A stretch of DNA of 64,000 nt, taken from NCBI GenBank assembly GCA_035534875.1, contig DATLRB010000013.1, forward strand, positions 5,859 through 69,858. The letters run 5' to 3'. The DNA is from Candidatus Saccharimonadales bacterium. GTDB taxonomy: Bacteria; Chloroflexota; Dormibacteria; Aeolococcales; Aeolococcaceae. Shown piece after piece: positions 54,693-63,419 of this stretch (position 1 is its first letter; each line of letters opens with the position of its first letter). Made by a program: the position numbers and the translations under genes. The notes under the pieces are model-generated. The model did no database searches. It was not told the DNA's origin and saw nothing but the letters and a program-made list of their open reading frames with translations.

Positions 54693-54962
54693 TCAGCCAG
54701 GCGGCGGCGGTACGTTCGCCGGCTCGTAGATCAGGCCCTCGCCGCAGCAGCGGCCACACTCATCGCCTGGGGTCGCCTTCGACGCCCAGGCACCGACGGT
54801 GCCCTGCCGAAACTCCACTCTGCGATTGCGGTCGCCGGACCCGTCGCAATTCGGGCACCGGGCAAGGCGCCGTTCCGCCGCTGGCATGACCATACCCTGC
54901 GCTCCCGGCGGGAAATCGGCTGTACGGCGGCGGACCCAGGGATTCGCGGTGCCGCCCGACAT
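54693..54962 (-). CDS. small DnaJ-type zinc-finger protein (two CxxCxGxG repeats)
   Basis: 89 aa, starting 12 nt after the CpaF stop. Contains CPNCDGSG and CGRCCGEG. Confidence 0.5.
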   Translation of the reverse strand: MSGGTANPWVRRRTADFPPGAQGMVMPAAERRLARCPNCDGSGDRNRRVEFRQGTVGAWASKATPGDECGRCCGEGLIYEPANVPPPPG

Positions 54963-54973
54963 TCGAGCCCGGA

Positions 54974-56575
54974 TCAGGCGGATCCGACCCCGTCCATGAC
55001 GTGAATGGGCTGGAACACGTCCTCGGAGAGCTGCTCGCCTGAGGTGGTCAGATGGTCGAGGAACGTGGGCATGACACCGGTCGGCATGTACGAGCCGACA
55101 ACCTTGCCGTCCTCGTCGACACCAACCTGCTTGTAGGTGAAGATGTCCTGCAGCTTCACCTCGTTGTTGACGCAACCGAGCACCTCGGTGATGCTCACGA
55201 CCTTGCGCGTCCCGTCTCGCAGGCGGGACTGCTGGACGATGACGTTCACCGCCGAGCCGATCTGCTCGCGGATCGCACGCGACGGGAGTTCGGCGCCCGC
55301 CATCAGCACCAGCGTCTCGAGACGGCTGATGCAGTCGTGCGCGTTGTTCGCATGGAGGGTCGTCAGCGATCCGTCATGGCCGGTGTTCATCGCCTGGAGC
55401 ATGTCCAGTGCTTCGCCGCCGCGACACTCTCCGACGACGATGCGATCCGGCCGCATGCGCAAGGAGTTGATGACCAGGTCGCGAATCGACACGCGACCCC
55501 GACCTTCAACGTTCGCGGGGCGCGTCTCGAGCGTCACGACATGATCCTGACGAAGCTGGAGTTCGGCCGCGTCCTCGATGGTGACGATACGCTCGTCCTC
55601 GGGGATGAAGCTGCTGAGGATGTTCAGGGTGGTCGTCTTTCCCGAGCCGGTGCCGCCACTCACCACGACGTTCATCTTTCCCCGGACACACGCCCGGAGG
55701 AATCGCACCATGTCCTCTGTAATGGACCCGTACTTGATCAGGTCCTCGATCGTCAGCGCCTCCTTGGCGAACTTTCGGATCGTCATGGTGGGTCCGCGCA
55801 GCGCCAGCGGCGGAATGATCACGTTCACGCGGGATCCGTCCTTGAGGCGCGCATCAACCATCGGCGACGACTCGTCGACTCGGCGACCGATACTGCTGAC
55901 GATCCTGTCGATGACCTGCATCAACTGCTGATCGCTCTCGAAGGTGACCGGGCTCAGCGTCAACTTGCCATGCTGCTCGACATAGATCTGCTTGTAGCTG
56001 TTGATCATGATTTCGGTGATGTCCTCGCTCGCGAGGAGTTCCTCGAGCGGTCCGAGGCCGAGGACATCGTTGATGAGGATCTCGACAAGCCGCAGTCGAT
56101 CAGGCCGGCTCATCGTGATGTTCTGCTCGGTGATCACATCGTTGAGCAGTTCGGCGATGCGCTGGCGCACGACCTCCGGCGGGACGGAGTCGGTGCCCTG
56201 GGCGAGCTCCTCGACGAGGCGCTGATGCACCTTGCCACGCAGCGCCACGTGCGTGTTGACGTGGCCGCCCATCTTGTTCAGCCCTGGGCGCGACATCCCG
56301 CCGGTGCGGTTCAGGAGCGTGGGAGCGCGCTGCGGCTCAGGAGCGGGTGTGGGGCGCTCAACCTCGAAGGGTCGTGGCGCGGGAGCCGGCGTAGCCTGCA
56401 CCGGCGCCGACGCTCCCCCAGGGCGATTCTGCCAGCCGGCCGGAGAAAACCGGTCCGCTCCGTCATCTGCGGGACGATCCGGCGTTCCTGAGGGTGCGGA
56501 TGGCGACGGCGCGCTGGGGGCGGAAGTCGAAGGAGTTCCCTCTGCTTTCCGCTGCACTCGGTCGAGCAACGACAT
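54974..56575 (-). CDS. cpaF: CpaF/TadA-family pilus-assembly-type ATPase (long form)
   Basis: MSLLDRV... followed by a P/A/S-rich linker and a helical bundle. Then VSGGTGSGKTTTLN, IVTIEDAAELQL, RPDRIVVGECRG and GHDGSLTTLHAN. GAGGTGG lies upstream of the ATG at 56575. Confidence 0.9.
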   Translation of the reverse strand: MSLLDRVQRKAEGTPSTSAPSAPSPSAPSGTPDRPADDGADRFSPAGWQNRPGGASAPVQATPAPAPRPFEVERPTPAPEPQRAPTLLNRTGGMSRPGLNKMGGHVNTHVALRGKVHQRLVEELAQGTDSVPPEVVRQRIAELLNDVITEQNITMSRPDRLRLVEILINDVLGLGPLEELLASEDITEIMINSYKQIYVEQHGKLTLSPVTFESDQQLMQVIDRIVSSIGRRVDESSPMVDARLKDGSRVNVIIPPLALRGPTMTIRKFAKEALTIEDLIKYGSITEDMVRFLRACVRGKMNVVVSGGTGSGKTTTLNILSSFIPEDERIVTIEDAAELQLRQDHVVTLETRPANVEGRGRVSIRDLVINSLRMRPDRIVVGECRGGEALDMLQAMNTGHDGSLTTLHANNAHDCISRLETLVLMAGAELPSRAIREQIGSAVNVIVQQSRLRDGTRKVVSITEVLGCVNNEVKLQDIFTYKQVGVDEDGKVVGSYMPTGVMPTFLDHLTTSGEQLSEDVFQPIHVMDGVGSA

Positions 56576-56770
56576 GAGAGCCCAAACCACCTCGTGTGAT
56601 CGCGTTGGAATACCTGCCCGGAGGCTGGATCAAGCATCCCGTGGATGGACGAGGAACGGTGCAACGATCCTGTCGAAGCAGCGTCCCGGGGGCTCTGAGG
56701 GCGGTTTGATAGGGGTCGGCCGGAACGGGTCGGTCATATTCAGGTGCCAGTTCACGTGAAGGAACGCCGC

Positions 56771-57700
56771 ATGCAACGTCGGCCGCTGCCCTCGGCGTGG
56801 GATGAAGTGGTCCGCACCGCATCCGCGGTGCGGGCAACGTCCGATCTCGCGTACCCGGCGCCCCACGACGGCCGCCGTCGCCGGCGAGCAGTTCGCCCGA
56901 TGGCGATGATCGCCGGGCTCGTGACCGCGTGCGGTCTGGCTGTGCTGCACCTGGCGGGGACGGCCGGTTCGGCCAGCGCCAATGGCGGCGAGGACTCGCA
57001 GCTCTTCGCGCTCACCAACCAGGACCGGACCAGCAACGGGGTGCACTCGCTCAGCTTCAGCGGCACGCTCCAGAATATCGGCGAGAGCGCACCTTACAAC
57101 TGCTTAGGGGTGCATGTCTCCGGGCGCTCGTTCGACATGATCACGCGCAACTACTTCGCCCATCCGATCCTCGGATGCGGCGAGTACGTGTTCTCGATGA
57201 TGCAGGCATACGGCGTTCGCTACCGGTCGGCCGGTGAGAACATCGGGTGGGAGGCCGGCGCCTCCAGTCCCGCCGGCTACATCAACGTCGCTTTCATGAA
57301 CAGCCCAGACCACCGTGCCAACATCCTCGACTCGAACTACACCGAGTTGGGTGTCGGGTCGGACGAGAGCGCGCGAGGCGTCACCTGGACCGGGCAGGGG
57401 AGCGAGCAAAACGTCTGGATGTTCAGCGAGGAGTTCGCCCAGGTGGGGTCGTCCCCACCGCCGCCCCACAAGCCCCCGCCCCCCAAACCAGCCCCACGGA
57501 ACTCTCCGGCGCCCGAGCCGCCGGCTGCCGCCGGGACCAGCAGCACACCCGCCGCAGCAACGCCCCCGCCGACGCCGACGCCACTGTTGGTCCCCGCAGG
57601 CAGCCTTCCCCAGGACCTCCCCGCACCGCCGGTGGATCGGTACGAGGGGCTCTTTCCCAGCACCATCGAATCCGTCCTCGAAGCGTTCTTGACTTTCTAA
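56771..57700 (+). CDS. secreted CAP/SCP (YkwD-like) domain protein with proline-rich tail
   Basis: Signal region GRRRRRAVRPMAMIAGLV...GSASA. CAP motifs NYFAHP...GENIGW...MNSPDHRANIL. C-terminal PPPPHKPPPPKPAP. The ATG at 56771 is preceded by AAGGAA. Confidence 0.72.
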   Translation: MQRRPLPSAWDEVVRTASAVRATSDLAYPAPHDGRRRRRAVRPMAMIAGLVTACGLAVLHLAGTAGSASANGGEDSQLFALTNQDRTSNGVHSLSFSGTLQNIGESAPYNCLGVHVSGRSFDMITRNYFAHPILGCGEYVFSMMQAYGVRYRSAGENIGWEAGASSPAGYINVAFMNSPDHRANILDSNYTELGVGSDESARGVTWTGQGSEQNVWMFSEEFAQVGSSPPPPHKPPPPKPAPRNSPAPEPPAAAGTSSTPAAATPPPTPTPLLVPAGSLPQDLPAPPVDRYEGLFPSTIESVLEAFLTF

Positions 57701-57766
57701 AAGGCCAGCACTCTGACTCAGCTCAGCACCGTCGAAGCGTCCGCAAGCGACCTCGGTGGCAGCATC

Positions 57767-58543
57767 GTGGTTGCCACCGGTCTCCGCAAGGTCTATCGGG
57801 TGAGCCGGCCGCCGCGCGAGGCGATTCGAGACGTGTCACTGACCGTTGGCGCAGGCGACTTCGTCGCCATCATGGGCCCGAGCGGGTGCGGGAAGAGCAC
57901 GTTGCTGCACATGCTCGGCGGCCTGGAGCCGCCCGACCAGGGATCGGTCACGATCCAGGGCATCGACGTGTACGGCCTCCAGGACGAGGAGCGCTCGGCC
58001 TTCCGTCGCGACCACATCGGGGTCGTCTTCCAATTCTTCAACCTCCTCCCAACGCTGACCGCCGCGGAGAACGTCGCGCTGCCCCTGCGCCTGCGCAACG
58101 AAGCCCCCGGCAGGTTCGGTCAGAAGCTCTCCCGGCAGGTGATCGACGAGCGAGTCAACGCACTCATGGACCAGCTCAACCTGCACGGTCTGCAGGGTCA
58201 CGGTCCGGAAGAGATCTCTGGCGGAGAGCAGCAGCGGGTCGCCCTGGCACGTGCCCTCGCCGCCTCGCCATCCCTTCTGCTCGCCGACGAGCCGACCGGA
58301 AACCTCGACTGGACGAGCGGCCACGAGGTCATGGCGCTCCTGACCCGTCTCTGCCGTCAGGAGCACCAGACGGCAGTCCTCGTCACCCACGACGCACGGG
58401 TCGCGACGTACGCCGATCGGGTGCTGATCATGCGCGACGGGGCGGTGGTCGACGACGTCGCTCTGGATCATGCCGGACAGGCAGCGGATTCGATTCCGGA
58501 TCCGGCGATCCTCGTGGCCAGGCTCGCCAAGCTGGACCTGTGA
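57767..58543 (+). CDS. ABC transporter ATP-binding protein (MacB/LolD/FtsE type)
   Basis: [38 protein letters not shown]. Confidence 0.9.
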   Translation: MVATGLRKVYRVSRPPREAIRDVSLTVGAGDFVAIMGPSGCGKSTLLHMLGGLEPPDQGSVTIQGIDVYGLQDEERSAFRRDHIGVVFQFFNLLPTLTAAENVALPLRLRNEAPGRFGQKLSRQVIDERVNALMDQLNLHGLQGHGPEEISGGEQQRVALARALAASPSLLLADEPTGNLDWTSGHEVMALLTRLCRQEHQTAVLVTHDARVATYADRVLIMRDGAVVDDVALDHAGQAADSIPDPAILVARLAKLDL

Positions 58544-61029
58544 GCGACCTCTGGCTGTTGGCGGCGCGAGCCATCAGGGCACGCCCGCTGCGCGGCGTGC
58601 TCACCGCCAGCGCGGTGGCGCTCGGCATCGCCGTCGTGCTCGCCGTCCAGATCGCGATCCAGGGTCTCACGGTGCAGGCGAGTGAGGCCCAACTGCAGCA
58701 GGCGGGCGCGTCGTCGCTCGACGTCCGAGTCGACAGCGGATCCGGCCTGGCCCCTGAGCAGATCGGAACGCTTGCGCAACTCCCGGGGGTGGTCCAGGCC
58801 GTCCCGCTGTACGAGAAGCAGGTCACCGCCGGCCCGGCCGGGGGAGGTCTTCAAGGTGACACGGTGACCCTGGTGGGTCTCCAGGACTCGAGTGCGGCGC
58901 TCCGCAGTGTCTCGGTGGTGGCCGGACGGCTCCCGCTCCCCGGGAGCACCTCGGAAGTTGCCATCGATGAGGGGTTGAGCACCGCGCTGACGGGCGGTAC
59001 CGACGCCCCGCTCCAGATCGGTCAGGGGATCCAGATGATCACCGCCACGGGGCCGGACGTGTTCACGATCGTCGGTTTCACGTCGGGGACGCGGGCCGGG
59101 CCGTCCTTCACACACAACGCGGTCTTCATCGATGACGCGGCGATGCTTGGAGCCTTCGCGCTCGGCTTGCACACGCCCCTGGTCGCCTTGCGATTTGGAC
59201 CGGGTGCCACCGTGGCCGCGGTGTCGAGGGAGGTCCACGCCAAGTTCGGCCCGGCGGTGACAACCTACGATCCGCGAGCGGGCGCGTCCGCGCCATTGCA
59301 GGACCTGGAACCGCTGCTCGTGCTGGCGACCGTGCTGAGTCTCATCGTGGGTGCCGGAGTCACCGCCAACAGCGCGGCTCTGGCTGCTTACGAGCGGCGG
59401 CGCGAGATCGGGCTGCTGCGCGCCGCCGGGGCGTCGGCCCGCCAAGTGTTCCGCCTCTTCGCCATCGAGGTCGCAACCATCGCCGCGGCCGGCGTTCCAG
59501 TCGGCGTCGCGGCCGGCCTGCTCCTGGGCGGCGTCTTCAACAGCAGCCTCTCGCCCGCCGATCTTGCCGTGCCATCTCTGGCGCCACAGGCCGGCCAGGT
59601 GGCGGCTGCCATCGCCGCCGGCCTCGGCGCGGCGCTCATCGGAGGACTCCTGCCGCTGTTCGCCGCCGCGCGTCTCCCGATCCTCGACGCGCTGCGGCCC
59701 CATCCGATCAGCGAGCATCAGCGCGCGAGCGTCCTCCTTCGAACGGCGAGCCCCGTGCTGCTCGTCATCGCGGCGCTGTGCTTCCTGAGCACCGCCAGCG
59801 GCCTTGTCGCTCTCGGCGTCATCGCCCTGCTGCTCGGGCTGGTGGTCGCCCTGCCCCTCCTCGCTCCCCTGATCATCAGCCTCCTGGCGCTGGCCATCTC
59901 CCCGTTCGTCAGCGGCGCGCTCCCCGGCGCAGCCCATCTCGCCCGTGCCCGAAACCGGACGGCGATGACCATCGCGGGCCTCGCCATCGCGGTGGCAACC
60001 GCTGTCGGCGCCAGCGCGCTGAGCGCCGGAGCGCTCACCGCAAGCGACAGCTGGGTCTCACACCTGTTTGCGGGAGACATGGTCGTGACCAGTCCCGTCA
60101 CCCAGGACGACCAGATCGCGGCAGCGATCGGCAGCAGCCAGGGAGTCGCCCGGTTCACACCGTTGCGTTTTCTGTCCGAGACCGTCGCCGGCGCGTCCGA
60201 AGGCGTCGCGGCGGTCGACCCTGGCGCCTACGCCTCGATGGGTGGGCTCGATGTCGTGTCCGGGGAGCGGGCAACAACCTTGGGCGCCCTCGAGAATGGG
60301 CCCAGCTTCCTCGAACCCGCCGGACTGGCAGCTGCGACCGGTTGGACCGTGGGCACACAGCTCCCGGTTCAGACGCAGAAGGGCATCGTGTATTTCACGA
60401 TCGTCGGCATCGTCAGCCACTCGTTTCCGGCCGGCGACGGCGGCGAGAGCCTGGTGATGGCCGACGATCTTGCAAGAACGTACTTCGGGTCGACGGCGTC
60501 CGGTTTCGACGACCTCGTCATCACCACCCGTGGACCCTCGACAGCGCTCGCCGCCACCGCCACGAGCTATGGAATGCGGGCGGTTCCGGTGAGCGTGATC
60601 GAGAGTGACGCTCGCGCCGCCCTGCAGCATTCGATCGGTCTCGTGCTCGCGATCGCGCTCGTGTCCGTGATCATCGCGATGCTGGCGGTCGTGAACACGC
60701 TCCTCGTCAACGTCCGTCAGGGAACACGCGAGCTTGCGCTTCTTCGCGCGGTCGGCCTCGGCAGCCGTCAGGCGATGCGCCGCGTGCTCACCGAAGCGGG
60801 GCTCCTCGCCGGCGCCGCAACCCTCATCGGCGTCGCCGCCGGGTGTCTCATCGCGATACCGATGCTGCAGGCGAGCACCACGTCCACGTTCGCCCCCGGA
60901 TTCGTCTTTCCGTTCGAGACGGTGATCGTCCTCCTGCTCGTCGTTGTCCTTGCGGCGGTGGTCGCCACCATCGGTCCAGCTCGCAGAGCCGTGCGAACCT
61001 CAGTGCTCAGCGCGCTGCGACACGAGTAG
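58540..61029 (+). CDS. ABC transporter permease with duplicated FtsX/MacB-type domains
   Basis: The GTG overlaps the upstream stop (GTGA). 829 aa with two copies of the 4-TM FtsX module (REIGLLRAAGAS... and RELALLRAVGLG...). The upstream part of ORF 57247..61029 was rejected. Confidence 0.85.
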   Translation: MSDLWLLAARAIRARPLRGVLTASAVALGIAVVLAVQIAIQGLTVQASEAQLQQAGASSLDVRVDSGSGLAPEQIGTLAQLPGVVQAVPLYEKQVTAGPAGGGLQGDTVTLVGLQDSSAALRSVSVVAGRLPLPGSTSEVAIDEGLSTALTGGTDAPLQIGQGIQMITATGPDVFTIVGFTSGTRAGPSFTHNAVFIDDAAMLGAFALGLHTPLVALRFGPGATVAAVSREVHAKFGPAVTTYDPRAGASAPLQDLEPLLVLATVLSLIVGAGVTANSAALAAYERRREIGLLRAAGASARQVFRLFAIEVATIAAAGVPVGVAAGLLLGGVFNSSLSPADLAVPSLAPQAGQVAAAIAAGLGAALIGGLLPLFAAARLPILDALRPHPISEHQRASVLLRTASPVLLVIAALCFLSTASGLVALGVIALLLGLVVALPLLAPLIISLLALAISPFVSGALPGAAHLARARNRTAMTIAGLAIAVATAVGASALSAGALTASDSWVSHLFAGDMVVTSPVTQDDQIAAAIGSSQGVARFTPLRFLSETVAGASEGVAAVDPGAYASMGGLDVVSGERATTLGALENGPSFLEPAGLAAATGWTVGTQLPVQTQKGIVYFTIVGIVSHSFPAGDGGESLVMADDLARTYFGSTASGFDDLVITTRGPSTALAATATSYGMRAVPVSVIESDARAALQHSIGLVLAIALVSVIIAMLAVVNTLLVNVRQGTRELALLRAVGLGSRQAMRRVLTEAGLLAGAATLIGVAAGCLIAIPMLQASTTSTFAPGFVFPFETVIVLLLVVVLAAVVATIGPARRAVRTSVLSALRHE

Positions 61030-61035
61030 CCGGCG

Positions 61036-61662
61036 GTGGGCCCGGTCGGCGGGTTGGGTGCTCGCATCCTCGCAACGATTGCGGCGGGCCTCGCGCTCGC
61101 CGCGTGCGGCAGCGCCGCGTTGTCATTGTCGACGAGCGATCCGGTGCACGACCTGATCACCATTGATCAGCTTGTCGCACCGGATTTCACCGTGACAAAT
61201 TCGGCCTCGCACATCAACGCGACGACCATTGCCGCTGGCGATGAAGCCTTCGCATCCACCCTGAGCAAGGTTGGGTTGCAAGCTGCCGCGCGCGTCGAAT
61301 ATCAGCGGAATGTCGACTTCAGCACCAGCAACGGTCCGATCGACATCGTCGCGACCGTCGAGCGATTCGCCGGCATCAGCGGGGCGTCGAGCGCCTACGG
61401 AGCGACCGTGCGACAGCTGGACGCGATTCCCGGAGCGGTGGCGGCGTCCACCGGTCCCCTCGGCGACGAGGCGCACTCGATCAGTGTCGTGCGCACCACG
61501 CCCGGCGGCCTGCAGGCAGTTGAGATCACCCTTGTGTGGCGCGTGGGCAACCTCGTCAACGTCATCGTCTCGCGCGGTCGCTACGGAGGGACACGGCTCG
61601 ACGACGCGCTCATCCTGGCCGGTCTGCAGACGCAGAACGAGTCCGCACCCGGCTCCGGGTGA
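61036..61662 (+). CDS. putative lipoprotein
   Basis: Lipobox LALAAC after a hydrophobic N-terminus. Immediately follows the permease gene. Confidence 0.5.
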   Translation: MGPVGGLGARILATIAAGLALAACGSAALSLSTSDPVHDLITIDQLVAPDFTVTNSASHINATTIAAGDEAFASTLSKVGLQAAARVEYQRNVDFSTSNGPIDIVATVERFAGISGASSAYGATVRQLDAIPGAVAASTGPLGDEAHSISVVRTTPGGLQAVEITLVWRVGNLVNVIVSRGRYGGTRLDDALILAGLQTQNESAPGSG

Positions 61663-61668
61663 CGCCGA

Positions 61669-62442
61669 TCAGCTCTTGCGTGGCTCCCAGCGGAAACGCA
61701 TCACGGAAAGGAGCACAGCCCCAGCGCCCCATGCGGCCATGATCAGGAGATCGGTACCGTTGAAGCCGCTGGCGGATTGGTGCGCGGGATCGAATGCGGT
61801 GAACATGGCGTCGATGAAGTGCCGCACGGGGAACCACTCCGCAATCTGCGCGAGGACCGATGACGACGGAACCGGAAAGAACGTCCCCGAGATGAACACG
61901 ATGGGCAGGAACACCCCGTTGACGATGGCGGGAGCCGCCTCGGCATTGGGAATCGCGATGGTCATCGCCATGCCGAGCGCACAGAAGGCCAGGGCACCGA
62001 CCCCGATCGACGCCGCCGCCGCACCAATGTGCTGGGGCACGTGCACGCCGTAGACCAGAATGCCGAAGCCGGTGGTGAGCAGCGCCAGCACGACGCTGAC
62101 GATGATCGACGAGCCGACCACGCCCGCGATGAAGGCCCAGGGCGGGAGCGGCGTCCCACGCAGGCGCTTGAGGATGCCGTTGTCGCGTCGTAGTGAGAGT
62201 GTTATCGAGATGTTGGTGAAGCACGCACCCATGACACCGAAGGCAACCAGCGCCGGAATGTAGTAATCGTCGTAGCTCGTCTTCGCGGAGCCGACCTCTA
62301 CCGTCTGTCCCTTGAACAGTGTCGCGAACACGACCAGAAAGATGATCGGGAACAGAAACGCGAAGAATGCGCTTGCCGGGTTGCGCCAGAACGACCTCTG
62401 CTCGAACGAGACCTGACGTAACGCGATGCCCGCGCTACTCAT
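61669..62442 (-). CDS. ABC-2 type transporter permease
   Basis: 257 aa with 6 TM segments. Overlaps the upstream ATPase gene by 8 nt. Confidence 0.75.
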   Translation of the reverse strand: MSSAGIALRQVSFEQRSFWRNPASAFFAFLFPIIFLVVFATLFKGQTVEVGSAKTSYDDYYIPALVAFGVMGACFTNISITLSLRRDNGILKRLRGTPLPPWAFIAGVVGSSIIVSVVLALLTTGFGILVYGVHVPQHIGAAAASIGVGALAFCALGMAMTIAIPNAEAAPAIVNGVFLPIVFISGTFFPVPSSSVLAQIAEWFPVRHFIDAMFTAFDPAHQSASGFNGTDLLIMAAWGAGAVLLSVMRFRWEPRKS

Positions 62443-63325
62443 GCCTGGTCAGCTCCAGATAGACGTCCTCGAGTGACGGACGCGTGACCTCGAGGTTGAG
62501 CAGCTCGAGTCCGTGAGCCACGGCCCATGTCGTCAGGTCGTTGAGGGTCCGCGTCGGTATCGCGGTCTCGATGACCGCGATACCCTCCTCCATCCTCACC
62601 GGAAGCGGCAGTGCACCCGCGGCGATGCCCTCTGGGACCTCGAATCGTATGTGGGTCAGCTGTTCGGTCCCGGCGCGCAGCGTCTGGGGTGTGCCCTGCG
62701 CGACGACCTTCCCTGCCGCGATGACACAGATCCGGTCGGCAAGGTATTGGGCCTCGTCCATGTAATGCGTGGTCAGCACGATCGTCTTGCCCAGGGTTCG
62801 CATGTTGCGCACGACCTCCCAGGCGGCGCGGCGTGCCGAAGGGTCGAATCCGGTTGTGGGCTCGTCGAGGAAGATCAGCTCCGGATCCCCCACGAGGCCC
62901 AGGGCCACGTCGAGACGACGCTGCTGCCCTCCTGACAGCTTTCGAATACGCTCGCCGGCCTTCTCTGTGAGGCCGACGAGTTCGATGATCTCCGCAGCCG
63001 GGCGGGGGGCGGGGTAGTAGCCGCGATAGAGCTCGACAAGCTCGGTCACCGAGAGCATCGGCGGTACGGCCGCCTCCTGCAGCACGAGCCCAACCCGCTC
63101 GCGCAGCTTCCTGCCACCACCGTGCGGGTCGACCCCGAGGACGGTCACTGCTCCTGCATCCCGGCTCCGGTAGCCCTCGAGGATCTCGATGATCGTCGTC
63201 TTCCCGGCACCGTTGGGGCCGAGGAGCCCGAAGACCTCACCCTCCTCCACCACGAAGCTGATCCCGCGAACCGCTTCGACGGCGCCGTACGACTTCCGTA
63301 AACCGTCGACGGCGATGGCTGTCAC
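62435..63325 (-). CDS. ABC transporter ATP-binding protein (DrrA/CcmA-like)
   Basis: GLLGPNGAGKTT, LSGGQQRRLDVALGL, IFLDEPTTGFD. The GTG at 63325 is preceded by GGGGAGAG. The ORF extends to 63439. Confidence 0.88.
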   Translation of the reverse strand: MTAIAVDGLRKSYGAVEAVRGISFVVEEGEVFGLLGPNGAGKTTIIEILEGYRSRDAGAVTVLGVDPHGGGRKLRERVGLVLQEAAVPPMLSVTELVELYRGYYPAPRPAAEIIELVGLTEKAGERIRKLSGGQQRRLDVALGLVGDPELIFLDEPTTGFDPSARRAAWEVVRNMRTLGKTIVLTTHYMDEAQYLADRICVIAAGKVVAQGTPQTLRAGTEQLTHIRFEVPEGIAAGALPLPVRMEEGIAVIETAIPTRTLNDLTTWAVAHGLELLNLEVTRPSLEDVYLELTRHE

Positions 63326-63419
63326 TGAAAGTCTCTCCCCTGTATGACGAGCGGTCACAGAGTCGTTGCGCCATGGTGCCAGAGACGGGGGTCGGGGCCG
63401 ACCACAATTGGCCCAGCGC

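Noticed and set aside
56751-56760. Perfect 10-bp palindrome TTCACGTGAA resembling the core of the parS consensus TGTTTCACGTGAAACA
   Set aside because: Only the central 10 of 16 positions match. It lies 8-10 kb from the par-like genes and abuts the ribosome-binding site of the CAP gene. A single short palindrome can arise by chance. It is worth a genome-wide parS scan but is not reportable as a centromere.
57247-58539. Upstream 431 codons of the 1260-aa ORF 57247..61029
   Set aside because: It overlaps the CAP gene and the ABC ATPase gene in other frames and is R/P/G-rich. The FtsX permease starts at the GTG at 58540, coupled to the ATPase stop.
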